Source: Atractiella rhizophila
Taxonomy: Eukaryota
NCBI GenBank assembly: GCA_021432655.1
Contig: MU271232.1
Span: 100,361-131,755 of the forward strand
DNA: 31,395 nt
Direction: 5' to 3'
Shown: piece by piece, positions 1 to 12,337 of the stretch
Position numbering within the stretch: the stretch's first letter is position 1
Layout: each line of letters begins with the position of its first letter
Translations under genes and position numbers: made by a program
The notes under the pieces: generated by a model
What the model saw: only the letters and a program-made list of their open reading frames with translations
Told to the model about the DNA's origin: nothing
The model's database searches: none

Positions 1-54
1 TCAGTTTTGCCTTCTCTCATTTCTTCGTGTCGGGCTAATACTGATGGAGAAAAG

Positions 55-782
55 ATACGTGATATTTGAGCTCCTCAAGAACTCTATAAGAGCTACGAGA
101 GAGAAACACCCGGAGCGTCCTGAAGACTTTCCCATCACTGCCACGGTGGTGATGGGCGAGCGCACGGTGACCATTCGAATATCGGATCAAGGTATGTACC
201 TCCCCTTTAGTCAGCCTCTGCTCAAAGACAATAGGTGGTGGCATCCCTCGACTCTCTCCCGAACCAGCAAGTATTCCAACAGATCCAGATAGCATTTCTT
301 CCTCTTCATCCTCCTCCCTTCTGACCCCACTGTTCTCGACCGCCGCTCGTCGGGAGATCTTTTCTTTCGGACACATGCATTCACGCACCAATCTCATGCC
401 GAACGACACAATGTTCGAAAAGGAGATGATTGCCAAAACATGGAGGGAGGCGAAGCTGGAAGGGACGGTGAAAGAGCAATTTCCAACGGAAAAATCCGAA
501 AAGGGGGAAAGGCGGAAGAGAGATGGAGCGAAGGAAAAGGAAAATGGAACTATGAGGGACTTTTTTGTTTGGGAGAAGAGGAGGTTGGGATTGGGATTGA
601 CATTGAGCAGAATATATGCAGAGTATTTTGGTTCGTTCTTTGGGTTCTTGCTCTGAAGGGGGAAGGCTGACCAGAGCATGGGAACAGGTGGATCGATAAA
701 AGTCTATTCGATGGACAATTATGGCAGTGATGCTTATTTCTCGGTACCAAGAGTTGGAGACACCGTTGAAGCGTCGTCTTAA
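55..782 (+). CDS. Mitochondrial pyruvate/branched-chain alpha-ketoacid dehydrogenase kinase family (GHKL), 3' exons only
   Basis: Spliced translation gives N-box ELLKNS, G1 IRISDQGGG, G2 RLGLGLTLSRIYAEYFGG and the end GSDAYFSVPRVGDTVEASS* (TAA 780-782). Exons about 55-190, 234-629, 689-782; the window starts inside an intron. Confidence 0.88.
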
Positions 783-1038
783 GCTGTCCGCGAACTCAAA
801 GAAAAGATGTATACATTTACACACTGTTTTGTTCCATTTATATCATCTGGTCTCTAACCCCTTTGTTAAATGTGAATGCACACTTGCAAGGGAGTCATTT
901 GCGGCCAAGTGGCTGACAAACGAAATGAGAGCTACACATGCAGGACAGGACGAATCATTCAATTCACAATAACGCTATTTCACAGCTTCCCAACATATAC
1001 ACAGCACAGAATCTCTCGAAATCCCCTTACGCACGCCA

Positions 1039-1923
1039 CTAAGTATAATGAACAGCATGTCCTCCTTTCCTTCCTTCAGTGACAGGATCGGGTCCAGAAG
1101 AACCGCCAAAGCCGTGCGAAGGCAGGACTCGTTTGTCAACCGATCCGTCCTTCTTCAATCCATCTATCCGAAACATGAGCACTTAAAGTGGTTGGGAGAG
1201 TGATAGTGTGAAGACGGACCATGCTCAGACGGCTTGTAAATTGGGCCTTTGCTTCCAGCTCTCCCAGTGGATTGCTCAGGTTCAGCAGTCTTATTTTCAC
1301 GGAAACGCATATCTGGGGCTCCATCCTTCTTGATATGTGCCTCGTGACCCACTTTTCAGGTATGATTAGCGTCGAAGACAGGAACAGAGCGAATACGAAC
1401 ACTCAGGTTCGTGGCTTTGCATCCTCTTATCAATCCCTCCATCTTTGGTCAGTCCCCCTATACCATATCTCCATTAGCTCACGCACGCAGAAGGAAAAAA
1501 GGACGAACCATGCTCGGAAGGCTTGTACTTAGCGCTCCCGCCTGCACTTTCCTCAGGCTCAGCAGTTTTGTTCTCTCTGAACCTTTGATCTGGTGCACCG
1601 TCCTTCCTCAAATGGCTAGACTTTCCCGTAGGAGATTCGGGTTCGGCAGTCTTGTTCTCTCGAAACCTGTGGTCTGGAGTACCGTCTTTCTTCAAGTGAC
1701 CGGATGGAGGCGTTGGCGACACAGGTTCAGCGGTTTTGTTCTCGCGGAATCTGTGATCGGGAGAACCGTCCTTCTTGAGATGTGCAGTTTGAGCTGAAGA
1801 TTCCTGATTCTCCCTAATCCAAATGAAAATACGTTAGTTTCCATATTTCAATTGAAGCTAGGCTTGAAAGAGAACGCACTTGTATCGCTTGTCAGGAGTT
1901 CCGTCTTTCTTGTAATGGGTCAT
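1039..1923 (-). CDS. Hydrophilic repeat protein with seven KxDGxxDxR motifs and a C-terminal GRKGG; probable stress/spore hydrophilin
   Basis: ATG at 1923 and four GT-AG introns give MTHYKKDGTPDKRYKEN...HLKKDGSPDHRFRENKTAEP (repeated)...YKPSEHDGLKKDGSVDKRVLPSHGFGG...EGRKGGHAVHYT* (TAG 1041-1039). Confidence 0.85.
1270..1790 (-). repeat. Coding repeat H(L/I)(K/R)KDGxPDxRFRENKTAEP: three tandem copies about 84 nt apart plus a fourth copy
   Basis: Near-identical peptide units with synonymous divergence at about 1730-1785, 1645-1700, 1560-1615 and 1278-1335. Confidence 0.9.
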
Positions 1924-2049
1924 TTTGGTAATGTTTTAATGTGTGCTTGAAGTGGTGGGTTCTGGGTTCTGATCTAGACGGAAAAAAGCAGATGGAAGAG
2001 TGGCTTTTATACCTTCACCAGTCTCGTTTGACTCCACGAATCAACCAAG

Positions 2050-2211
2050 AATGCATGACGCAAATGACGAAAAGATCTGCGATTTGCGACAATATTGATT
2101 GGTGACGTGGCTGGACGACGCGCTTCGACGCGTCGCCGTAATTGACTGCGGCCCTTCGGGTCCGGGTCAAACGACGAAACCCACAATTTCAACCCTGGCC
2201 AATATTACGCG
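2050..2211. promoter_or_regulatory. Short divergent promoter with CRE-like TGACG and MCB-like ACGCG(T) motifs
   Basis: TGACG at about 2056, 2065 and 2103; ACGCG 2118-2122, ACGCGT 2128-2133, ACGCG 2207-2211; lies between divergent ATGs at 1923 and 2212. Confidence 0.4.
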
Positions 2212-5137
2212 ATGGCTTCGTCTACCCCCTCGACATCTCGCACCAACTCTTCCACCAGCACCTCAACCTTAGATGGGGAAGAAAGTAAGAAGAAATACCC
2301 TATTGCAAGGTCGGCGTATCTTCGAGCTTTCCACTCACTCCTCGATCCCATACTCGCGAACGAGACTCACTTACTGTCACATGAGGAGCTAGTTCTTGCA
2401 ACAAGGTGGGCTTTACTGCCTATATGTGGAAATCACGTAAACAGAGTCATAAAGGTGGAGATCATTGGCCCACGAAGCGAGATATCTTTTCGTCCGTTTA
2501 TGGCTCCGAACTCGTGTCACTCTCCCTGCCGGTTCTGCGTCAGATGGATTGGAGGTAGAAGATGCAAAGACTAATTGGTTTAGGACGAGTGATATAGAGG
2601 CAAAGTACGGAAGTCAATTCGGGATGGAGCTTGAGGACGGAGGGAAGGAATTGGATATCCATCAGGCGCTAAAGGAACTCAAGGAAGCAGGTGAAGATAT
2701 TATTATTGACCTGGCAGAAGAAAAATTGCAGACAGTTCTTTGCATGCTTAGTCTGACAGAGCTGAGGGTATGTCCTTTTTCATGGCAGTGGGTTTGGAAG
2801 AGGAGCGATGGTTTGGCGTGATCGCGAAAAGATTTACGAGAATTTTGTCTCAGCTCTGGTTATACTTGCAGTTCCAACATTTCTTTCTGAAGTGCGAAGC
2901 TCTTATTGACACTTGTGCTCTGTGATGATGTAGGCACTAGCAAAAGACCTTCGAATAGCTAATCCTGGATCTACAGTACGTCTTGCCTCTTCGTGTGCGA
3001 TGTCTTACGTGAAATTGCAGACGGAAAAGATAATATCAAGTCTCATGCGTTCTTCGAGCGATCAAAGCACATTGTCATTCAGTCCCGTTCTCTCCCCTGC
3101 ATCCGCGAACAAAGCAAATGACAAAGGGAAAGGGAGGGAAGTTTCTACCTCAGCCCGTTCCCTTTCCCTCAATTTTGACGCCAAAGGAATAAAGCGAACT
3201 GGATGTTCTATCGTCCTTCGAAAGGCTCTTAACATCATTGGACCGTGCATCCGACTCTCGATGCAAATAATCAACCTTTTCTCTCGTATCCATCTCATTC
3301 ACAATCGCTCCACATCTCTTCCTTCACAAACCTCACCCAAGGACTCAATGACTCCTTCACTACTTCAACACTTTCACAAGCTTCATTTTCCTCCATACCG
3401 CGTTTGCCGGTCTTCACATTCCATCTTCAGGAGCCGAGAACAGCTTCTGGAGTATGAAGCTGCTCTGAGAGAGGTGAGAAGGCTGGAAGAGCTGCTGGGA
3501 GAGGAAAATGGGTGGGGAGATGATTGGCGGCAGATCAAGAAACGAAAGGAGGAGGAGGGTTGGAAGGAGAAAAAGTTGAAAGAAGGGAAGGAGATTTTTG
3601 ATCAAACTTATGAGAAGTGGAAAGATGTCATCAAGAGGGAAGACGCTAGACCTGTGGAAGAGAGTATTGGTTCGTTCGTTATTCTTTGCCTTGCAAGGAC
3701 AATTAAGCAACTAGAGTTGTTGATAGGGGTGTCCAACCTGCAGTACTACCATCTCCGGTTCCAACCAGGTCACCCTCTTACACGGATCCTCTACAAATGC
3801 GAGCAAGCCATCCTTTCACCTCTGAAGCTCCATTCGCTCTCTGTGGCTGTTCTCCGGGACCTTCTCTCTCAGCGCCACTTCCGGCGCGGAAAGCGTGGCG
3901 CATGGTACGAACGACTCGCCCTGATACTTATGACGTACTTTGGAAATTCTAATAAGAATGATGAGGCTGGAGTGCGGTTGAAGAGGAAGAAACGGGAGGA
4001 AGCATTACACGTTTTGAAAGAAGGATTACAGGATCCAGACACCCACGTTATTTATCGAAACGCACTCGAGAAGAGAAAGAAACGACTAGAAAAGCTTCTG
4101 GGTATCGAGTGCGAGAATGACGAAGAGGAACATGCGGAGCTAAGAGAAGCGTGCCAGAGAACTTTCAAAGGTGAACGCATTATCTCGGAAAAGACGAAGG
4201 AGTTAGCAGAGAAAAAGGCGAAGGAAGGCGAGGAAGTCAATATCTCAAACATTGGCAAGTCTGTATGGAGGATGTGTGACGGCGGTGAGGGGAGCGTGGA
4301 GGAGTTAGCTTTGGAGGGATACAAGAAGAAAGGCTGGAAAGGGTAGCTGCCCATTCCTTACTGAAGGTTTAGAGAGTTTACCCTGATTTACTCAGATTTC
4401 ATTCCGAAAACGGCATACTGACTACAGTATTTGCCATGCTCTTCTTCGACATCATCTTCGAAGATATTGAGGGAGTTTTCGAGACCTCCTTCCAGTCAGC
4501 TCCCTTGGATCTGGCGACTGATGCCTTCTGTATCAGTATGCACTTCATTCGAGCTGTTAGAGGCCGCTGAACGTTCTCCATAGCTCGTGCCGAATCGATA
4601 TCGAAGCGTTTGGCTGAGATTGGTCGCGGAGAGGCAGCTGTCATTCTTGAAGAGGTAGATGACCGAGAAAGAGAGAAGAAGACTTGCTGTGTTGGACTGC
4701 ATTGGGATCGCTATACCAAACAGGACTTGCTGGAAGTAGTGCAGGTAACGTTATCCTTTCGCTCGACCGCACAGCGCTCTGAACGTTGAAGGAAGTGCTT
4801 GGGGCCAAAAGCCTTAGTATGCATATGCAAGGTCTTTGCCGAAGAATGGGGCCATCGAGCGAGTGGCATGCCTGATCTCTGCTTATGGAAACCTGAAAAA
4901 GGCAAGCTCAAATTTGCAGAGGTCAAAGGTCCCGGCGACCGCTTGTCGGATACCCAACGAATATGGATTGATCTTTTGATTGGTGCAGGAGTGGAGGTCG
5001 AGTTGTGCAAAGTGATTGAGTTTGACCAGGAGGACGAAGACAAGAGCGTCAGCAAAGCGAAAAAGGCGAGAAAGAGAGCTAGGAAACAAGAAGAGCAAGA
5101 GGAGGAGCTAGAGCCTGTTGTTATTGTCCTCGATTAG
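2212..5137 (+). CDS. FAN1: Fanconi-associated nuclease 1 (VRR-NUC domain)
   Basis: Motifs RYLFVRLWLR, RGKRGAWYERLALIL, SVEELALEGY, WKGFHSENG, FETSFQSAPLDL and catalytic SGMPDLCLW...FAEVKGPGDRLSDTQRIW (PD-(D/E)xK); multiple GT-AG introns; stop TAG 5135-5137. Confidence 0.95.
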
Positions 5138-5598
5138 TATTGCGAATTCGTTTTTTCGTCAGTTCTGTATATGTTGGTTGTTACATCTTTCATGGAGTGT
5201 TTGCCTCTCATTTATTGTGCAAGAAGATGCCTCGAAGTATATCTACGAAGGAGGAGCATTGCTGTACCCCATTAACGATTTTCGAATTACTTTCGAGATC
5301 CGTAGCCTAACCATGAGTGCCCCACATCTTCGAATTTCAGCTAGTCTTCGCGAGGATCCGATACAACAGAAGCATGCCTAAGCAAAGCAGAACGACAATT
5401 ATCACCGCAAACTCAAGGACATCGAAGGGAGTCGAGAATTCCATCTCTCTGTCACAACCAAGACCACCTTCATTCATTGGAAGGGTAGTACCCGACTGGC
5501 GTTCTGATCGACTAGCGTCTTTAAAAGATAGATGGATCTCCTTCTGCGAGAACCATTGAATGAGAACATGATTAGAGGTAGGTCCTTCGGGTTCAGTT

Positions 5599-7124
5599 CT
5601 AGCGCTCCTTCGGTTTAGAAGATTGAATCGATTTGAAGTGAGGACGAGCCGTCTCAATCATGTGCGTAAGGACCCTTGGTTCTATACGCCGTTAATAATG
5701 CTCATCACGGTTCAAGCGGTAGAAAGGCAGAAGGACGAACCAACTGCATTTTCGCACACAATCAGAACATGGGTATCTTCCGTGAACGCATCCATCACGA
5801 GCGTGAAATCTGGTTCGCAAATCTGTATTGACTCAAACTGCGTACGTGCGCCTTTCCTGCTCTCCCACTCTATTATACACTCGACAAACAGAAAGCGTGA
5901 CAGGACTTACACACATGAATATTTGAAAGTCTTGATGACGGAACTAATGCGCTCGTACAATCTCTTTTGTTGTTGATCATGATCTTGCTCCTGCGCTCCA
6001 CCTTCGATGAAAGTACTGCCTTTTGATCTGTTGCTGACGCTGCAAACGACCAGCCAGGTATTGCTTTCGAAAATCACGACCTCGGTTGCGTTACAAGAGC
6101 GAGAGAAAATCATTAGGTCTTTCTTGATCCTCTCCAGATTGGGTATCAACGTTGAAACGATCATAGACCATGCCTAATGGTAACAAACGTCTGTTAGATA
6201 TCGTTCCTCGCGAAGGAAAGGGAGAAAATAATTACAGAATACAAGGAGTCATCCCAAATGGTCGTACAGAATGCACCCATAAAGAACTGCTTCAGATCTA
6301 CCCTCCGTCGTCCTCTCGACGCCTCATTCACTGAGCCAGCACTTCTCCGGTTGGCCAACTTTTGCACGGCCCTAGCTTCGACGTGATGTAGAGCTTCGTA
6401 AGTCCATTCCTCCACCATCCTCCGCTTAGACTCTGCTACTTCGGCACTGACGAGGTCCTTCTTGTGCATCAAGATGAAGACTTTCGGTCCATCGATTGTG
6501 ATTGGACCTGAGCTTGGAAGAGATGTGACCTCCTTGATACGCGGAGACACGAGAGCGCGTGAGCGCGGGCTAGAGCTCGTGGGAGTGAGAGTGGAATGTG
6601 ATGCAGTGGGAGGTGAGTCCTTGAATAGCTTCTCGAGGCATTGGAGGTAGAATTCTTTGTCGGTAGTCTCGAGAAAACGAGATTCGAGGTCGAAAATGTA
6701 AATGAGTGCAGAGACGAGCTTGAAGACGTTGTGACTATCAGTCGTCAGAAAGGATGTCATGATGTCTAACCACCCAAAGTAATGCTCAATATACATCTTC
6801 ATCAGGCTCCTACAGAGTTCCAGGTGCACAAAGGAGCAATGCGTACCTTCTTGCCCACCACAATCCCATACATCTAGTTTGACATCCGCCAGAAACCTCA
6901 CACCAGTATTACTGACTCCAACAGTCGGGCCAAACGTCCCCAGATCCTGAGCAACTCTCGAATCGAATATGAGTGTTTTCATCGACGACTTCCCAGCTCC
7001 TCCTTTCCCCATTAAAATGACCTTGATGTGCACAAACGCGAGATCAACAATGCATCCCAATGCCATCCGTTCAGCATCCCGATAACATCTTGGACAACGA
7101 AAGACATACCTTACGCTTAGACAT
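5599..7124 (-). CDS. GTR1: Gtr1/RagA-family small GTPase, divergent, with low-complexity insertions
   Basis: MSKRK|VILMGKGGAGKSSM (P-loop), WDCGGQ (G3), HKKD (G4), TTIWDDSLY (G5), roadblock region AWSMIVSTLIPN...EVVIFE...YERISSVIKTFKYSC; first exon 7124-7110; stop TAG 5601-5599. Confidence 0.85.
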
Positions 7125-8269
7125 GATTGCCGTTACAGACAATCGCGAAAGCACCCACAAGAGTATGGCACCCTCGAACTCCAAATGCCAAATGTGGATG
7201 CGTTCAGCAACACGATGACTCGTGTTTGCTCAGATTTGGGTGACGTGCCGAACCGCGAACCGGAATCGCGCACGATGAGTCTGGATGCTCTATATATTTC
7301 CTTCGTCCTCGTGGAGTGCAAAGAATCGCCGTTTTTGAGAATTCCCTTCACTATAAAAGCGCGCTGTCCTTCAGTCAAGGTGTCTCCCTCTTTCAAAGTA
7401 TTCAGTCTTAGAATTTTCTTCACGTGCACATATTCTGGAGCTGGGTACTGGAAACAATCAATGCATTATGAGGCGCGTTAGTGAGGAGGGATGGGAATGA
7501 AATGGAGCCATGCCCTGGAAAATGAGACTGAGGAAATCAGGATGAACAGCAATGCACTTAAGCAAGTAGGCCGTTTCTTGCTCGATTTGCAGAACTGTTT
7601 GTTCGTTCTGCTGGGTTATTTGTACTCTAGTGGACAGGATATCCTGCTCTTCTCCAGTGGCTTCATTCAATAGCAGGACTGCCACATTTGATTTGCTTTC
7701 GCTGTTTCCCTGTCAATCGCGACATCCACGCATTCTCCTCATCCCTTGACGCGGGGGTAAAACTAACGTCCGCGATTAGCTGCGTGCTTCGCTTCTTATC
7801 AGCGAACCATCTATCGTCTCATCCATCCATCTGATAGAACCCGAAAAGCTGGATTATCCCCTATCCTGACCTTAGAGAGGATAAGGATGCAGCAAAAGTG
7901 CGAACTTTGAAAGAGGCGAGCCAGGTGAAGCGTGTAATTCGGGGAGGTACGCGATGTGGACGCGTGAACGCGCCATATCTCCTACGCCTGAGCAACAGCT
8001 GCAAGGATTTCCCTTAGCCCTCATGTCCAACTCGCAGTTTACGAAAGTATACCTATTTGTGTCAATGCAAAGGATCTTCTGCGGCCCACGGATGGGTCTT
8101 GGTCTTGAGACCTCCTGCTGAGCTACGGCGAATGTAGCAATAATGCCAATAGATTGTTGGAGGCACGCCATGCTTATCGCGAATCGCGCTCATTCGAACG
8201 GTGTTTTCGAAATCCAACTTCGGGACACTCCTCGCTCATCAAAGCTTCTTATCAGAAAAAAACCCTGCC

Positions 8270-8279
8270 ATATATATAT
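8270..8279 (+). promoter_or_regulatory. TATA-like tract upstream of the OPT gene
   Basis: ATATATATAT about 100 nt upstream of ATG 8376. Confidence 0.35.
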
Positions 8280-8375
8280 GGCTATCCTCCCATTGAAAAG
8301 AAGCTAGTCTCTTTTTAGCGAGCCTCTTGGCCTTTGAGCTCTGTTTTCGACTTAGCTGCGCGCGAAGCAGTCAGG

Positions 8376-11300
8376 ATGTCAGCACAAGCAGCAAGAGACG
8401 CTGAAGACGTTCAGGCCAACATCGGCAACCTACCTGTCCTACCGGGTGGTAATTTGAACGACTTCATTGACGAGAAGCGATCTTTCGACGATGAAAAGAA
8501 GGATGCAGAAATCGCAGGCAGCGTCAAGATCCAGTGAGTAGACATAGGTCGGACCAGATTCCAGACTGAGCTAATTGTTTGAAGTGGCGACGATGTAAAC
8601 GACGCCAAAGGCTCAGATGACGATCCGGACTATGCCTCTCTCCCTCAAATCGTGCGAGAATTGGTCGAGTACGCAAAACATCTATAATCCATGATTCTCT
8701 TCCTTCATAATAACTTGATCTATGCAGTTTCGAAGACGACGAAACCGCTCCAGTGTTAACATGGCGTTTCTTCTTACTCTCCACAATTTTCACCGCGCTC
8801 GGAGCTTGGCTTCAACAAATGGGCTTTTTCCGAACCACCTACGTCCCCTACAGCATCTACTTTGTGCAGATTGCAAGTCTGTACCTTGGAAGATTGCTTG
8901 CTGCTAGCCTTCCTGTGAAGACTATTGGCTTTGGACGCTTTTCCTTTGAACTCAACCCAGGACCGTTCAGCGTTAAGGAGCATGTCGCCGTCGTTCTTGC
9001 CGCGAACACTGGAGGGGTTCGTTTTCATTGCTCGTTCTTCTCACCATTCTACGATACTAAATTCAATCATCTAGACGAATAATCTTGGAGATTATGTCTT
9101 GGCACCTTTGGATGTGAGTGCTGCTCCACTGAAAAGTTGATGATCTGACTCAAAATATGATTAATTCAAGATTTTTTACGGCAAAGTGAGGCTCTTACTT
9201 AACATTCTTTACGTGGACCTATCTGATATCAAAACAGCCTATGAATGGGTGGATTGCAATAATTTTCATGATCAGCGCTGTGTTCATTGGTTTCTCCCTG
9301 GCCTCCCTAGCTCGCGTGTTCTTGATCGGTAGGTTGTTCTATTATACACACAGGCAAACTGACAGTGCAAACAGAGAATCCCGTCACACTCTTCCCCCTG
9401 ACGCTGCAGCAAGTTTCAGTTTTCAAAGCAATGCGTCTTTCCGCTGAGAGCGGCAGCAACACCGCGAAGAAACAGATGAGAGTCTTCTGGTGGTCTATTC
9501 TGGCCGTCTTCCTTTACCAGACCCTTCCGGAATACGTACGAATCCCGTTTACTCAAATTATTTTGCTTGACGTTGTTTCGTTTCTTCAGGCTGCTCCATT
9601 CCTTTCGTCCCTCGCTTTCCTTTGTTGGGTGACAAAAAATCCAACGGTAAACGACTCTGCTTCCATCCTTCAGCCTAAAAGGCTAATGTGCTTTACAGGC
9701 ACAATTCTTGAGTTCTGGACTGGGAGGTGCAGGAATTTTGAATATTACCCTGGACTGGTCGAACATTGTTAGTCCTACTCAATTTTGAGCTCACTGGTGG
9801 TAGCCTCTCAACGGTGCCTATTTAGGGATCTACCTTCATCTATTATCCATACTGGGCCTTGGTCAACATATTCGTAGCCAGCGTCATTGGAGCATGGGTA
9901 CGTGAAATTTGAAAGGATGACCCGAAAAAGTTCTCATGTTTCCCTAGATCCTCTACCCCGTTGGAAAATTGACTGGTGCATGGCAAAGCGACCTCTATCC
10001 CATCAATTCACAAGCTCTGAGGCTCGCCAATGGCTCTTCGTATCCGACGGCTCGCTTGCTGAACGCTGACTACACTCTCAACGAAGAACTATTCGAGCAG
10101 TTTGGTCCTCCAAGAATGTCTGCAAACTTGCGATGGGCCTACTTCTTCAGCTGTTTGTGTCACATGTTCATCTAAATACCTTTCATTCTGACTGTGTTCC
10201 AGACGTCGCTTACATTGGAGCGTTTCTCTCCTGCGCTCTATTCGAGGGTCCAGCTATTGTCAGGAGTCTAAGGGCCGCATGGCGAGGAGATGCAGTCTAC
10301 AACGTGAGCAGTAACAGTCCAGGTGGATCAACTCCTTATGTTCTAGTAGAATATCCTCACAAAAATGATCCGAAAGTACCCTCAAGTTCCCATCTGGTGG
10401 AATATTGCCCTTTTCGCCGGATCCTTCTTTGCTCTCCTCGGACTTGTGCTCAAGAAGGATATCCTGTACATGCCAGCACGTAGTCTCTAGTATTTCTCCA
10501 TATATTCGCTAATGCTCTCGGACCAGATCTACAGTTATTTCGTTGGACTTGTCTTCGGTATCCTCATTGTCATTCCCATGGGGTGAACTCTCTTTTTGCA
10601 CATTCACCAGCACAAACTCACGTCAATCACAGTTACATCTACGCCATTTCAGGGTATCAAGTTCCAGTAGGATGTAAGCATTTCTGCCAACTAACTTCAG
10701 ATGTAACCACTGATTGTACACTTTCAGACTTTAACGAATTGTTCTACGGTTACCTTATCGATCTCGGAGGATCACGTCACCCTGTTGGATCTCTCTCCTA
10801 CCGTGTCATCTCCGGACAGTGTTGGTACGAGGTAAGATTTGGCACTGTAATCGACAATCCATCGCTAATACTAATGTTCTCGCAAGGCACAAGCAATGGT
10901 CAGCTCTCCCTTTTTTTATCAGAAGGATGAATATAACCGGACTTCCTGTAGTTGAGCGACATGAAGTTGGGTTACTACTTCCATATTCCACGTTCGTCTG
11001 TCCGAACTGAGCACCATTACTATTCTTATAACGCCTATCGCAGCTCGAGCGACCCTCCTCGCGCAGATCTGGGGAATTTGTGTTGGTGTTCCGGTCAATT
11101 ACGCGTACGTCACATATTGATACATCATGGCCTGCTTGCTGAATTTCAGCTAGGACTATATTATGGGTGTGCAACACCAAGCGCGGCTATTTGGAAGGAT
11201 CCATTGCTGATCCTAACAGGCAGTGTATGTGACTTTGCATCGTTGTTGATCGCCATTGACGAGAATTGTAGGGACTGGTCAAACCGTCATCTCCTTGAAC

Positions 11301-12122
11301 AATCAGGGTCAGTGCTACAATAATATTCACAGGAACTCGGACTGAAAGAAGTGTAAAGGTATTGCTTTTGGTCTTGTTGGACCAAAGAAACTTTTCTCAG
11401 ATCCCATGTACACACCATTGGCAAGTCAACATCCCGCTCGCATTCTTGACGTGCTGATTCTTCGTTGGTAGCCATACGGTTTTGTACTTGGAGCCGGCGC
11501 CTCCATTCTCCTTTATGTCGGTCACAGGCTCACTAAAGGACGAGTGCCTTTCCAGAAAGTCAATATCGCCATCTTTGGTAAGATTTTCATGGGTTCCACC
11601 GCTTTGATACTCAACCATTTTGGTTATCATAGGCACTACCATGGAGGTGAATTATTCTTTATTCTATAGCTTTATGTTTTGTTTATGTTGCCTTCTAGAA
11701 TTTCTACGGTAACATTTCCACCGGGTTCCTCATGACCTTCGTCTTGGGTTCCCTCAACCATCTCTACGTTAAAAAGTCAACTTTCCACTCCTATATTCGG
11801 GACCTCAAACTAAACTTTTGGTATTAGGTACAAATATGAGTGGTGGAAGAAGTATGCATATCTGACCGGTGCTGCGTTCGACACCGGGTTCAACCTGAAC
11901 ATGGTATGGCCTTCACATCCCTGGTATGAATTGTTGAGCTCACACGACGTGTCGACAGCTGTTCCTCTTTGTCGCTTTCTCAGCGTTCAAGGTCATCACG
12001 ATGGTACGTTCTTCTCCTCATCCTCCGGAGCTTTCTAGGTCTAACATGCACACGATGGATAATAGCCAAACTACTTTTTCAATAACGCAGATTCTGTCGA
12101 GAGGTGCTTCCACAGCGCCTAA
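8376..12122 (+). CDS. OPT-family oligopeptide transporter with about 25-28 introns
   Basis: Motifs PVLTWRFFLLS, ELNPGPFSVKEHV, GILNITLDWSNI, YPQVPIWWNI, LSDMKLGYYFHIP, GLVGPKKLF, WWKKYAYLTGAAFDTG; ends NADSVERCFHSA* (TAA 12120-12122). Confidence 0.93.
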
Positions 12123-12337
12123 GTTGAGCTCAACCTTTTCTTTGACGAGATGTTACGAGTGGGCGTCAGTGTGTACTTGTTGGGATTGTCGTTGACAATG
12201 TTGATGAGCAGTATTCTGGATGGGAAATGAAGCTTGTGCAACATGCAATAGATTTATCATCACTTATTTTTCCGGCACTCATCCACCCCAAGGGAGTTTT
12301 GGAAGTCTCATTCCATATGAAGGATGATAAGATAAAA

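Noticed and set aside
1270..1790. CRISPR-like repeat-spacer pattern
   Set aside because: Repeats vary at synonymous positions and lie in a spliced eukaryotic ORF.
5118..5657. ORFs between FAN1 and GTR1
   Set aside because: Convergent 3' UTR region; non-ATG starts and no motifs.
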